The notes under the pieces: model-generated
Seen by the model: the letters and a program-made list of their open reading frames with translations, nothing else
Told to the model about the DNA's origin: nothing
Database searches by the model: none
Virus record (IMG/VR): IMGVR_UViG_3300020057_001232
Span: 32,001-96,000 of that record
Length of the DNA: 64,000 bases
Source: a virus
Strand: one strand, 5' to 3'
In this document: piece after piece, positions 36,001 to 45,299 of the stretch
Layout of the letters: every line of letters starts with the position of its first letter
Numbering within the stretch: position 1 is the stretch's first letter
Program-made: the position numbers and the translations under genes

Positions 36001-36281
36001 ATGCGGCTTAAAATTTCATCCGACTTTAGATCGGCAGTGAAGTCTTTACTGTAAAATTCCCAATCTGAGCAGTGCGGGCAAACGTCTCCGAAGAGACGAA
36101 GCATACTCTGAAGCTGAATTGGGTATACCGTTTTGGTATCTAGGAAGTCAGAGTCCATACACCAACTGACGATATTCTTAGCCCAAGGCAGGTCTCTGTC
36201 GTCAAATTCAGTAACGGCACCAGGATCGAAGCCAGCCTTGATGGCGTCTTCGATCATTTTCGAGGGATTAAAGTCGGTCAT
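33054..36281 (-). CDS. terL: terminase large subunit containing an intein
   Basis: Walker A WGMR|SGKS after intein removal, Walker B CIDEIG, RNase-H-like nuclease SIDMG...YDQWQS...HDDL. Confidence 0.88.
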   Translation of the reverse strand: MTDFNPSKMIEDAIKAGFDPGAVTEFDDRDLPWAKNIVSWCMDSDFLDTKTVYPIQLQSMLRLFGDVCPHCSDWEFYSKDFTADLKSDEILSRIQLLDDGRCPKCKTTRLDHYNDNFWYMPDEVDLLWGMRCVSQHTRIYTKNRGIIEFNKVEVGDELTHGTVAEKIYVGKKESLRFTTDYNWIMSGAKQSHIVPTLNTDCEIEHKLMKDCKVGDVVLLYSANMWAESRFQLGAFRRDKLEHGQQAKDFCFPTEVTPELARLVGYLVSDGQYTRKYNLRIVSSNPDIDADIKRCCLAVFGEEPKLEEYRECATVPFYKCWTLNGVAVMEWLNWIGLKPETSHDKIVPDFILRSPKEIVCEFLAGLFDGDGGVHAETMPNGRQKVKVYYTTVSKTLAEQVRILLLNLGIVTRCSTMRLNGFAKANTYLKNYDPDEKGVAFNISTKNSNSVRIFQENVHLASEQKKKTLDKAKGIKGRPYFSLPLGAVAGTQTTTYKNAPEKLKKLIDEGYFPVKIKVIKDGPIEEMMDIHVPGTNVYTGDGFLHHNSGKSAVAGGMIGSYVLHRYLKLPDPAGYFEQLRGQQLYMRFIAITLKQAKESNWMQFCRAIETSNWFSQYHDLLDFYAKKKGVEVYKWLTEEFSYFHKGISGYVQGAALDTSRGRTGIFSCIDEIGWFGGGEDAKRANAKETYIAYEKSAATIRNKAAKLFVKGDYNVPTGYLCAVSSTMSKSDYIMRLIKTGKTDPKKVTSHKASWEVNPDIDPVFLDNEKRKDPKAFARDYGSIPPFADDPFIDSEDLVLKSAKLEEPYWNVKIDKSIIGPFFDASQLDRDKSIPYCLSIDMGKSDCGYALTLLKLKEDDFKVVQVAGAWALYPDRTHGEVVDFDGMYQKMVATICEKVNVRLVLYDQWQSQSQIDAIRKLGIDAQQYSLTYRDFIAFRAQLYQGLFETVAPEIPLDEVDDRPEPIEELLYKRPYMHLLWQMLSVSEVGTKITKGDGHDDLFRAMVLGATFLWNEKYKANFEYKGGVQIRRVQQRKGLVLAGGSRSGGQYTGGNSSTHNVVMTNNRVLGVFVPRGGRK
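34647..35888 (-). mobile_element. intein with LAGLIDADG homing endonuclease (414 aa)
   Basis: Starts CVSQHT, ends GFLHHN followed by Ser; LVGYLVSDG and FLAGLFDGDG blocks; visibly more AT-rich than the flanks. Confidence 0.92.
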
Positions 36282-36493
36282 TTTTTGTCCTTACGACCTA
36301 GCCCCATCCTTATTAAGCGTTTTTCTCGTGATTTTTCGAGATCTATGGAGCGCAGACGCCTTTCTAAATCTTCGATACGTTCTTTAAGCACTTGGATCTC
36401 CGCAGAGTGGTCGCAGAGAGGTTCCGCCTTTTCTTCTTGGGTAAGCTCTTTCGAGCCAACCAACGTCTTTACGAGACGGTCAAAGGTGCTCAC
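36278..36493 (-). CDS. small coiled-coil protein upstream of terL
   Basis: Translationally coupled to its neighbours. Confidence 0.5.
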   Translation of the reverse strand: MSTFDRLVKTLVGSKELTQEEKAEPLCDHSAEIQVLKERIEDLERRLRSIDLEKSREKRLIRMGLGRKDKK

Positions 36494-37170
36494 GTAAAAG
36501 TTTTCTGTCCTTTCTTGTATAAGGACATCAGGTGTGATTGTGCTTTGGGGTCTCTAGGAATTGCAAATTGTGGAATAGGAGTGAAGGCTGGACCCTTAAG
36601 AAACCTGCCGTCCGAAGTCTTTATTACCCTAGCTTGATTACTTTTGAGTAATGCCTCTAGCGCATCCTTTTGCTCGGTGTCAGGGCGTACCATCGTAGCG
36701 TAGCCTATTTTACCTTTGTTGTTATAGAGGATGGCGTAGAACTCTTTGTCGGTGGAGTTCTCGACATAGCTAAAGTCAGACTTTTTCGTTACCCAATTAG
36801 AGCCCATCTTCATATTGATACGGCGAGCTTCACGCATGAAGTCTTCATCGTGGGGGTTTTTGTGCTCGTTCTTTTGCGACGGGTCCAAAGGAACACGTAA
36901 GAACTCTTTGTGGTGGATAAGCTCGTGGTCGATGATGCGGGTAAGGGTGTCTACGTCGTTGATGATCCTTTTTTGGATCTCAATGACGGACGTGCCTGGC
37001 TCTCTCGAACGGTACGTGGTTCGACCTAGCCACTTCGACGAAGGATTGTTGACAATCTTGATACGTGGAACGGCAAGGTGGTCTTTTGCAAAGTTCAAAC
37101 GAAGGCGTTCTTTAACTAGGCGTTCCACTTCAGCCATGTTAGCGGCTTCGACTCTGTAGGCAAAACGCAT
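36490..37170 (-). CDS. SprT-like zinc metalloprotease
   Basis: WLGRT, IDHELIH, distal PHDEDF. Confidence 0.75.
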   Translation of the reverse strand: MRFAYRVEAANMAEVERLVKERLRLNFAKDHLAVPRIKIVNNPSSKWLGRTTYRSREPGTSVIEIQKRIINDVDTLTRIIDHELIHHKEFLRVPLDPSQKNEHKNPHDEDFMREARRINMKMGSNWVTKKSDFSYVENSTDKEFYAILYNNKGKIGYATMVRPDTEQKDALEALLKSNQARVIKTSDGRFLKGPAFTPIPQFAIPRDPKAQSHLMSLYKKGQKTFT

Positions 37171-37273
37171 TCGACGCTCTCCAGATAAAATTAAGGTATT
37201 TCCAATAGATAATCTTCCGCTTCTTGGGTTTTTTAGTTATGCTCATGGAGACTCTTACCAACCGGAGACCAGC

Positions 37274-37975
37274 ATGAAAATAATGATAGGCACACCTGCC
37301 TACGGCGGACAGATATTTGCTAGATATGTTAATAGCTTAGTTCGCTCTATCCCCATTCTTGCAGCTCATAAAATAGAGATTGCTGTGATGACTTTGGAGA
37401 ACGAAAGCCTGATTACTAGAGGTCGAAACGCTGTAGCTTACGAAGCGATGCAGCGCTCTGACATCGACAAGTTGCTTTTCATCGACGCTGACGTAAGCTG
37501 GCTAGCTACCGACATTCTGCGGATTGTACAAAGCGACAAGCTCATCATTGGTGGAACTTATCCTTTGAAGGCTCTTCCGATCTCAATGAATTTCAACCCT
37601 AAGGACGTGGACTCTAGTTTCTTCGATGTGCATAAGAAGACGCCGGAGCTAGTGGCAGAGTTTGGGGTAAAGCACGGTATTGACGGTGTGGTTGAAGTTC
37701 GCCATGTACCAACTGGTTTTATGTGTATTGATACCAGCGTCTTTCACTACTTGAAGACCAAAGTGCGCTCCTACAAGACGTGGAACGACGACAAGACTGG
37801 TCAGATAGACATCCCTGACTTCTTTCAGACCGACGTAAAGCCTGGGGGAAGTTACGAGTCTGAAGATTGGTTCTTTTGTTCGTTGGCGACCGAAAACGGC
37901 ATTCCTGTCTACCTCGACACTAAGGTCATGGTGAATCACACTGGTACCTACACCTTCCAGGTTAAGGAGATTTGA
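37274..37975 (+). CDS. GT-A-like glycosyltransferase
   Basis: IGTPAYGG, ESLITRGRN, FIDAD, TGFMCI, SEDWFFC. Confidence 0.8.
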   Translation: MKIMIGTPAYGGQIFARYVNSLVRSIPILAAHKIEIAVMTLENESLITRGRNAVAYEAMQRSDIDKLLFIDADVSWLATDILRIVQSDKLIIGGTYPLKALPISMNFNPKDVDSSFFDVHKKTPELVAEFGVKHGIDGVVEVRHVPTGFMCIDTSVFHYLKTKVRSYKTWNDDKTGQIDIPDFFQTDVKPGGSYESEDWFFCSLATENGIPVYLDTKVMVNHTGTYTFQVKEI

Positions 37976-37976
37976 A

Positions 37977-38588
37977 ATGAAGTTGATTGCCCCACCCTCC
38001 ATGGATATCCATGTTAAAAAAGTCCTCGACGGTGAATATGAGGTTCCCTACGAGTTTAATCCACAAGTTATTGTAGACTGCGGCGCTAACGTCGGAGCCT
38101 TCGTCTGCTGGGCAAAGTTCACGTACCCTTCTGCTACCATTCATGCCTATGAGCCGATGCCTGACAACTTCAAGCTACTTGTCAAAAACTGCGCTCGTCT
38201 TAAAGATGTTCACCTCTACAACAAAGCGGTTACTCTTTCTGAGATGACCGAGATGTTTGTAGGCAAACACAACTGCGGCGAAGCTAGCTTTCATGACATA
38301 GGGGGGCAAACCCTTGAGAAGGTCAAAGTCACTACGGTCTCTCCTGTAGAGTTGCCTCTTTGTAACTTCTTGAAGGTAGATACTGAAGGTTGCGAGATAG
38401 AGATCTTGACAAGCTACTTAGCTATTCATAAGCCAGCGGTTGTTGCCTTTGAGTTTCATTCAGCACAAGACCGCAAAGACTTAGATGCTCTTCTTGATGA
38501 GCGTTACACACTCTTCGGTGGTGAGATCTACGGCATCGACAGGGGTACTCTGAAGTATGTTCGCTCTGACACTTTGACTATCGCTTAA
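37977..38588 (+). CDS. FkbM-family methyltransferase
   Basis: VDCGANVG, AYEP, LKVDTEGCE. Confidence 0.9.
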   Translation: MKLIAPPSMDIHVKKVLDGEYEVPYEFNPQVIVDCGANVGAFVCWAKFTYPSATIHAYEPMPDNFKLLVKNCARLKDVHLYNKAVTLSEMTEMFVGKHNCGEASFHDIGGQTLEKVKVTTVSPVELPLCNFLKVDTEGCEIEILTSYLAIHKPAVVAFEFHSAQDRKDLDALLDERYTLFGGEIYGIDRGTLKYVRSDTLTIA

Positions 38589-38590
38589 GC

Positions 38591-38626
38591 AAAAAAAGGA
38601 GAGGACTGAGCCTCTCCTTTTCTTTT
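38591..38626. terminator. bidirectional terminator
   Basis: AAAAGGAGAGG-ACTGAG-CCTCTCCTTTT between convergent genes. Confidence 0.7.
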
Positions 38627-38641
38627 GTTCCTAAGTAGGAC

Positions 38642-40987
38642 TTAGTATTCCAGGAGGAATTCTGGGTCGTAAACCATGACGCCAGTGCTGATCGCGCGAC
38701 CAACAGTGTAGACGATGTAGCCAGCCGCGAAGCCAGTGATGTCGTCTGTGAGAGCGCCTGCCGTGATGGCACTGACGTACTGCAACTTGCCTGAAGTCAT
38801 CGTGAGACCGCTGACTTCTGCACCTTGGAGGGTGAAGACCTTACCCGTAGCTGCGTCAGCAACGGAGGCATCCGAAACCACGGCTACTTGACGATCCGCA
38901 AGAGTCGAGACTTGTGCGTTCGCAAGAGCGATGATGTGGGTAGCGTTGACCGTTACGATCTGACCTGCGGTGACTGTTCCGCCAGATCCGTTCGTGAGCG
39001 TAGACGTAAAGTCGATCTTGCCTTTGGTGACCGAAAGGGCAGCAAGCTTCGCCGTCGTGACGTTGCCGTCAGCAATTGCTGCTGTGACAACCGCACTTGT
39101 TGCGAGCTTGGCTGCGATGACCGCACCGTCAGCGATGGCTGCCGACGTTACTGCACTTGTTGCAAGCTTCGCCGCTGTGACGTTGGCATCAGCAATTGCT
39201 GCTGTGACAACCGCACTCGTTCCAAGCTTCGACGCAGTGACGTTGCCGTCAGCAATTGCTGCTGTGACAACCGCACTCGTTGCAAGCTTGACCGCAGTAA
39301 CGTTGCCGTCAGCAATCTTAGCCGAGGTGACCGAAGAAGTCGTAAGCTTAGCCGCCGTAACGTTGTCGTCTGCAATCTTAACCGTTGTGACCGCAGAATC
39401 AGCGAGCTTAAGTGTGCCGACAGCGCCGTCATCGATCTTAGCTGAGGTAACGTTACCGTCTGCAATCTTAGCCGCAGTTACCGAAGAAGTCGCAAGCTTA
39501 GCCGCAGTGACGTTGTCGTCAGCAATCTTAGCCGAGGTTACGGCAGAGTCAGCAAGCTTGACCGTCGTAACGTTGCCGTCAGCAATCTTAGCCGCAGTTA
39601 CCGAAGAGGTCGCAAGCTTAGCCGCAGTGACGTTGTCGTCAGCAATCTTAACCGAGGTGACCGACGAAGAAGCAAGCTTGACCGCAGTCACGTCGCCATC
39701 GTTGATCTTAGCCGAGGTTACGGCAGAGTCTGCAAGCTTCACCGTCGTAACCGACGAGTCCGCAAGCTTAGCCGTAGTGACGTTGTCGTCAGCAATCTTA
39801 GCCGAGGTAACCGCCGAAGTTGCAAGCTTGACCGCAGTCACGTCGCCATCGTTGATCTTAGCTGAGGTTACGGCAGAGTCTGCAAGCTTCACCGTAGTGA
39901 CGTTGTCGTCAGCAATCTTAGCCGAGGTAACCGCCGAAGTTGCAAGCTTGATCGCAGTAACGTTGTCGTCAGCAATCTTAGCCGAAGTAACCGAAGAGGT
40001 CGCAAGCTTGACCGCAGTGACGTTGTCGTCAGCAATCTTAACCGAGGTTACGGCAGAGTCAGCAAGCTTGACCGTCGTAACGTTGCCGTCAGCAATCTTA
40101 GCCGAGGTAACGCCGCTGGCTTTGATAGCAACGTTTCCGCTGCCGTCGATCGTGATACCGACTTCGTCAGTACGAACAGCAACACCACCGCTGCGGCGTT
40201 CAGCACCACCGAGGGGTGCTACTGCAACGCGGAGCTTGCCGCCGTCGCCAGTTGTGTCAAATTCAAGACCAGAGCTACCACCCGAAGAACCTGCTGCGGT
40301 AAGACCTGCACCTGTGTCGAGTTCGACAGAGAAGGTGCCAGTCGAGTCAAGAAGACCTGCGCCTGCCGTAAGAGTACCAGCACCCGAGAACTGAGCGAAG
40401 GCAAGCGCCGTCGTGTCTACGGTGATGGGATCATTAGAGGTCAGAACCCAGCCGGAGTCAGCATAGGTACCTTCTTCAACGAAGGTGAAGAGACCCGCAG
40501 AGACTTCGGCAGCAGGAGTGCCGTCGCAGTCTGGGGCACGCTTAAGGATCGCAGGCGTACCCGCCGAGCCTTTGTCTTGAACGTAATAGATACCGTTGTC
40601 AGACGCCGTGCCTTGATCTTTCAAGAGAACGCGGGCAGCGCGTGTCGTAAGCGCGTAGGGGTCCGTGCTGCCTGCGTCAGCAACAACATCTGTCCAAGCC
40701 GAGACACCACCGAGAGCAAGAACGCCGTTAGCGGTTGCCGTCAAGGTTTTGGTTACGCCTGAGCCCGCCGAAGTAGAGGTGAAGGCAGCGCCGGAAGCCG
40801 CTTTCACGCTTTGCTTAGGGTCAAGACCTTGAGCTACGGAGTCAACGTACTCCTTCGTCGCGGCATGGTTTGGTGCCGTAGGGGTTTGAAGGATTGTGAC
40901 TACGTTGAAGTCAACAGCCATCGTGTTAGACGGCTGACGCTTTGTCCTGCCGCTTGTATCAAGCGTCAGTAAATTGAAGTTCGCCAT
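38642..40987 (-). CDS. tail fibre/virion protein with long 10-aa repeat shaft
   Basis: AATKEYVDSVAQGL, RVLLKDQ...NGIY, FTFVEEGT; repeats VTSAKIADDN/VTAVKLATSS. Confidence 0.85.
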   Translation of the reverse strand: MANFNLLTLDTSGRTKRQPSNTMAVDFNVVTILQTPTAPNHAATKEYVDSVAQGLDPKQSVKAASGAAFTSTSAGSGVTKTLTATANGVLALGGVSAWTDVVADAGSTDPYALTTRAARVLLKDQGTASDNGIYYVQDKGSAGTPAILKRAPDCDGTPAAEVSAGLFTFVEEGTYADSGWVLTSNDPITVDTTALAFAQFSGAGTLTAGAGLLDSTGTFSVELDTGAGLTAAGSSGGSSGLEFDTTGDGGKLRVAVAPLGGAERRSGGVAVRTDEVGITIDGSGNVAIKASGVTSAKIADGNVTTVKLADSAVTSVKIADDNVTAVKLATSSVTSAKIADDNVTAIKLATSAVTSAKIADDNVTTVKLADSAVTSAKINDGDVTAVKLATSAVTSAKIADDNVTTAKLADSSVTTVKLADSAVTSAKINDGDVTAVKLASSSVTSVKIADDNVTAAKLATSSVTAAKIADGNVTTVKLADSAVTSAKIADDNVTAAKLATSSVTAAKIADGNVTSAKIDDGAVGTLKLADSAVTTVKIADDNVTAAKLTTSSVTSAKIADGNVTAVKLATSAVVTAAIADGNVTASKLGTSAVVTAAIADANVTAAKLATSAVTSAAIADGAVIAAKLATSAVVTAAIADGNVTTAKLAALSVTKGKIDFTSTLTNGSGGTVTAGQIVTVNATHIIALANAQVSTLADRQVAVVSDASVADAATGKVFTLQGAEVSGLTMTSGKLQYVSAITAGALTDDITGFAAGYIVYTVGRAISTGVMVYDPEFLLEY
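39030..40115 (-). repeat. coding tandem repeat (30-nt unit, 60-nt higher-order unit)
   Basis: Recurrent cgttgtcgtcagcaatcttagccgagg/gcaagctt at 60-nt spacing. Confidence 0.9.
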
Positions 40988-41022
40988 TATAGCTCCTAGT
41001 TAGAAAAGTTTGATACGTAATC

Positions 41023-42384
41023 TCAGGTCAATGCGTCGTAAATGCGGTAATGTACTTTAATCTTCAAAGTCGAGTCACCAGAAGTGAAAGCGTTTGCAGA
41101 GATGAGCTTAATCGCTTCGTTAATTCCAAGCTCCACAGTGTCAGGTACTGGATTTGAAGGTTTTTCAAATCTACGGCTGTTTGCTAAAGCCTTAACCACG
41201 CCAGCATCAACACTCAAATTCTGATTCTGCGATGTTTCAAAGTCGATAAGGAGGTCGCTACCTGCAATGTAGGGAATGCTGTTAAAAGAGAGAAAGCATT
41301 CGACGGCATCTACATCAATGAACTTGCCTGCTCCGGGTGCCGGGACAAGGGTTATCGCAGTAGTGTGTAGGTTAAGAATCTCAGCGGAGGACACCGTAGT
41401 TGTAGCTTCGAGGGAGTTAAGCACTCCAACGACGGCTACTTGGATATTACTGCCTGTCTGCGTCAGGCTGATGTTTGTGCCTTCAGATAAGGTCACCGAA
41501 CCGTTGATCGCAGAATCACCAAACTTGGCTACTGACAAGACACCTTTATGGGTGTGGTCAGCACGAGCATAGAGAGCCGAGACGCCGACCGACCCTGAGG
41601 CATTAATGTCAGATCCGGCAGTGATGGAAGGGTTTCCACCGGACGCCGAGATTGTTAAATCATTCCCTACTTGAGCGATGGAGACGTTGGAGCCTTCGGT
41701 GAAGGTAACGTCGCCGAAGAGCTGCGGACTGCCGGTCTTCTTTACGGAATGGATACCTTCGTGAGCGTGATCGGCTCTAGCTACATAGGTGGAGACGCCA
41801 ACTGCGGCTGTTCCTACGGCGGCAGGAGTTGCACTCGCCAAAGGTAAAGTGACACCGATTTTGATGTCATTCGTTAAGTTCGTTACGGTGACGAGGTTTC
41901 CGGCAAGGATTCTCTTAAAGATAAGAGTGTCAATGGCGATCTCTTTGAACACAAGACCTGTGCCCGTACCCGCAGCGTTGTCAGCGTTGGTGACAGTCCC
42001 GCCACCGCCTCCACCAGTCGAACTGATTACAATTGTGTCATCTACGGTGGTGATAATTGTGTTCGCTCCGGCTTTTAGGGTGCGGAACTCTAAAGTGCTA
42101 TTGTCTTTGACCTTGAAGACTTGACCCGTACCGTCGCCACGGTTGGCACCGTCCAAAACCTTGATCGTGTTAGCAGCAGGTGGCGGAGGTGGACCAATGT
42201 CGTCATCTGGAGTGTTGTCGATTTCCCAAACACCTTCGACGAGAGGTGGGGAAATAGAAACAAACTCTTCGTCCGTTAAGTTGAGGTACTCAAGGGAGAA
42301 TACAGTGCGTTCATATGTGATATTTGGTCTGACGACCGTAACCGTCTGACGCTGGAGACTTATATTTCGTAGGCGAACCGACAT
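41023..42384 (-). CDS. virion structural/fibre protein
   Basis: LEFRTLKAG, two ARADHxH repeats, G/T/S-rich. Confidence 0.7.
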   Translation of the reverse strand: MSVRLRNISLQRQTVTVVRPNITYERTVFSLEYLNLTDEEFVSISPPLVEGVWEIDNTPDDDIGPPPPPAANTIKVLDGANRGDGTGQVFKVKDNSTLEFRTLKAGANTIITTVDDTIVISSTGGGGGGTVTNADNAAGTGTGLVFKEIAIDTLIFKRILAGNLVTVTNLTNDIKIGVTLPLASATPAAVGTAAVGVSTYVARADHAHEGIHSVKKTGSPQLFGDVTFTEGSNVSIAQVGNDLTISASGGNPSITAGSDINASGSVGVSALYARADHTHKGVLSVAKFGDSAINGSVTLSEGTNISLTQTGSNIQVAVVGVLNSLEATTTVSSAEILNLHTTAITLVPAPGAGKFIDVDAVECFLSFNSIPYIAGSDLLIDFETSQNQNLSVDAGVVKALANSRRFEKPSNPVPDTVELGINEAIKLISANAFTSGDSTLKIKVHYRIYDALT

Positions 42385-42488
42385 CGCATTACTCCCATGG
42401 AAAAGGACGCAGTTTTTACAGACTATTTCTAATCTGTAGAGCTGTTGGCGGTTGCGTTAATAGGAGTAAGCGGTTTGAATTTAATCTC

Positions 42489-42989
42489 TCAGTCCCAACC
42501 GCCGCCGTCGTCGGAATTACTTTCCCCGTCGTCCTCTTCTGGCTCACTGTAGGTGGGAGCTATTCCGATGCTGACGGTGCCTGTAAACTGCTCCCCGAGC
42601 TGATTCTTGTCGGGGTACACGTCGATAACAGCCCCGTCCAAGGCGGTAGCTATATGGTTCTCAATGACCAAAGCGAGCAAGTTGAAGGGTGCCGTGTCGC
42701 TAAACTTCAAAGTCAGGGTTGCCTTGCGGGAGGCGTCGAGCCGGACAGTCTTCAGTTTTATGAGACGCCCTAAGTCTTCCCTTTGGAAAAATTCCACGAG
42801 GGCTCCTGACGAAAAACCAGAGGTCTCTAACGTTACTTCGCAGGGCGTCCCTATGAAGCCTCGTCCACAAGTCAGAAGCCTGGCTTCTTTCTCCGAGGTA
42901 GACGCGGGCATAATACTGCTTAGGGGACTCGCAGCGTAAACGGACGTTGATAACAGCACCGCAAAAAGGGGTAACAGACGCACAGACAC
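42489..42989 (-). CDS. secreted hypothetical protein
   Basis: Signal peptide ...SVYAA. Confidence 0.55.
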   Translation of the reverse strand: MSVRLLPLFAVLLSTSVYAASPLSSIMPASTSEKEARLLTCGRGFIGTPCEVTLETSGFSSGALVEFFQREDLGRLIKLKTVRLDASRKATLTLKFSDTAPFNLLALVIENHIATALDGAVIDVYPDKNQLGEQFTGTVSIGIAPTYSEPEEDDGESNSDDGGGWD

Positions 42990-43000
42990 CTCTCTTTCAT

Positions 43001-43333
43001 TTACAACCGCAAATTCATAATAGAAAACAAGCTACCGAGCTTTGTGTAGTACGGAGGAAGAAGAGTAGGAGGATTGAAGGAATTGCAAAAACGGCTTACA
43101 AGCTCTACACGGATAATGTCAAGATCTTGAAATGCCGCCTTATCCCAAGGAGGCTGGCAGTGGAACTCTTGGTACTCACGCTCGATTTTCAGAGTGAGGT
43201 CTAAGATGTCGTGAGCATGAAGAAGCCGCTTGATGGCGGCAACGGCGGTGGTGTGGTGAATAAGAGTAAGAGTGTCACCTAAAAGGTTTGTCATCAGAAC
43301 AACTTCGTTGTGCAGGGTGACAATTTCTCCCAT
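43001..43333 (-). CDS. hypothetical protein
   Basis: GGAGG RBS, coupled to the upstream gene. Confidence 0.45.
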   Translation of the reverse strand: MGEIVTLHNEVVLMTNLLGDTLTLIHHTTAVAAIKRLLHAHDILDLTLKIEREYQEFHCQPPWDKAAFQDLDIIRVELVSRFCNSFNPPTLLPPYYTKLGSLFSIMNLRL

Positions 43334-44005
43334 TTACCCCTCCTCCGATTCTCCCAACTCTTCGCTCATGTAATAGGTAATGGTCAGCGGTATAGCTTTC
43401 TTGCCGATGGCGAGCTGGACGTAAGAACTGTCCGGGAACTCCATCTCCGCTACCTCAGACCCGTCAAGCTCGTCGCTCTGCCACTTCAAGCTTGGCAGTC
43501 TTACCTGTAATGAATCTTTGATTTTCTGAATGTCTAACTTCTTTTCTTCTTCGTCGTCTTCGCCGGGGGTACCCTCAGACCAAGTGTAGGTGGGGGGTTT
43601 CGGAAGGGTCATTTTCATCGTGGGGAAGATTGCCTTCACGATCTTCAAGAAGTCGTCGAAGAAGACTCGTTCGGAGGCAGCTTGAACTTTGGCGGCGTAT
43701 GCGTAAACGTTGGTGTCTTTCATAATATCTTTCAAGTTAAGTGGAACTCGCATGACGGGCTCCCCAGAAAATGGGAAGCCTTGGTCGTCGAACATAGGTC
43801 CCTCGATCAAACCTTTGTAGGGTTTACCCCTGCGGTTGGAGTAATCCGGCAGCTCGACATCGTTCGCAGGTTCGTCTACGAGCTTGTACTTCCTTTTCAG
43901 GAGGCGGAGCTTCTCTTGGTTGATCGGCAAGCCAACACGGTCGAACTCGACATCCATCGAAATCGGTTTAAGAGTTGGGGGTCCTTCTGCTTTTATCTTA
44001 CGCAT
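43334..44005 (-). CDS. hypothetical protein
   Basis: ORF in a co-oriented block. Confidence 0.55.
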   Translation of the reverse strand: MRKIKAEGPPTLKPISMDVEFDRVGLPINQEKLRLLKRKYKLVDEPANDVELPDYSNRRGKPYKGLIEGPMFDDQGFPFSGEPVMRVPLNLKDIMKDTNVYAYAAKVQAASERVFFDDFLKIVKAIFPTMKMTLPKPPTYTWSEGTPGEDDEEEKKLDIQKIKDSLQVRLPSLKWQSDELDGSEVAEMEFPDSSYVQLAIGKKAIPLTITYYMSEELGESEEG

Positions 44006-44309
44006 CCTCTAATATCCTTATGAGGTATAATAGGTCTGGTCCTGTAATTTTTCTGCCGTAAGCGGAGGCTTCTCGCATCTCGTGGAGCTTATGCAGTACG
44101 TCTGTAACTTTGTCGTCGATGACTTTAAATCCTAAGCTTTCGATTTCTCCCCTAGTGATCTCGCCGTCGAACCACTGAAGCTTTTGCTGAGTTGTATATG
44201 TTGTCCTAATCGTGACGCCATTTTTACTAAGCAGCAATACAGCTCCCTTCATAGGGGAATCCTCGACCAGCTTTCGTCTTCTAGAACTTTTCTCATGGTG
44301 ATGTCCCAC
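43998..44309 (-). CDS. hypothetical protein
   Basis: ORF; likely start MKGAV. Confidence 0.45.
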   Translation of the reverse strand: MGHHHEKSSRRRKLVEDSPMKGAVLLLSKNGVTIRTTYTTQQKLQWFDGEITRGEIESLGFKVIDDKVTDVLHKLHEMREASAYGRKITGPDLLYLIRILEDA

Positions 44310-45238
44310 GAAGTTAGAATATTCTGCGGGTCGTTCTTGCTGACTTCAATGATCTTCCAACGGGTCATATCCCACAGCCGAACTACGACATCTTCAAGCG
44401 ACACCTTCTTCACCTCGTCGGAGAAGACCATGTTGATCTGCTGAAACACTTCGATAGCACCGTAGTCAGTCAGTACGTCGGACTCCGCACGGCGAGGTAC
44501 GTCCACTATAAGGATAGGAGGATCTGGCGACACTACTAAGGGACGGAACATAAAATATTGAAACATCGGCGAAGGATCGGAGGCTACCGCACGCTTTAAG
44601 GTCACTCGAAAGCGAAGCCTGCCTCCTTGTGCAACCAAAAGACGCTGCTTAAGAGCAGCTTCCGAGAAGGGGATAAAGTCGGGATCTGAGTCGTCGAGCA
44701 TGAATTTGAAATCGACGGTGCCCCCACTTCGACGATACTCGAACTTGGAGATGTCGAGACCGTAGTAGGTCCCCTGCTCCATGTTTTCAGTCCATTCGAC
44801 GTAGCCAGAGATGTGGTTTTCTTCGAGGGTAAACCACGGAGGGACGCCGACTAAGTGATTGATGAGAGTGTTGACGCCGTACCACTGCCGGGAAGGGTCA
44901 AACATGTAGAGGTCCGTGCCCCACTTGAGGTAGCCACCGGCAAAGCCTGTCATAAAACAGATAGGGCAGCCATTGTGTGGTGTCGAGTTGACACCTTTCC
45001 AGCAAGTGCAGCGGCGTCCTGATCGAAGCCTTTGGTAAAAGAAGACCTGCCTGCCGTCTACGCTGATGGCGTTCCGGGTGCGGTTGGCGATTTGAGGGAT
45101 GAGCTGCTCTTTGGCAACTTGCTTATAAACGTCAACAGCAACGTCCGTTGGATCACCATGACTGCGGCTTCCGCTTGGGTCCGGGTTACGGGCGTGGTTG
45201 TACATTGTGCTTTTTGTTCTAGGATCACGCAGCGACAT
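44249..45238 (-). CDS. putative virion head-completion/neck protein with Zn-binding motif
   Basis: GRRCTCW...CPICFMTGFAGGY; C-terminal DVVV...TRWKI. Confidence 0.55.
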   Translation of the reverse strand: MSLRDPRTKSTMYNHARNPDPSGSRSHGDPTDVAVDVYKQVAKEQLIPQIANRTRNAISVDGRQVFFYQRLRSGRRCTCWKGVNSTPHNGCPICFMTGFAGGYLKWGTDLYMFDPSRQWYGVNTLINHLVGVPPWFTLEENHISGYVEWTENMEQGTYYGLDISKFEYRRSGGTVDFKFMLDDSDPDFIPFSEAALKQRLLVAQGGRLRFRVTLKRAVASDPSPMFQYFMFRPLVVSPDPPILIVDVPRRAESDVLTDYGAIEVFQQINMVFSDEVKKVSLEDVVVRLWDMTRWKIIEVSKNDPQNILTSWDITMRKVLEDESWSRIPL

Positions 45239-45299
45239 TGTATTCCCACACAAGATTCAATTGTTGAACGTCCCTCAAATAATCTAGGGGAAGCTGCTG

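Noticed and set aside
39030-40115. Possible CRISPR array from periodic repeats
   Set aside because: Repeats are in-frame coding units with synonymous variation, there are no unique spacers, and no cas genes are present
38970-40394. 474-aa plus-strand ORF
   Set aside because: Antisense shadow of the repetitive fibre gene
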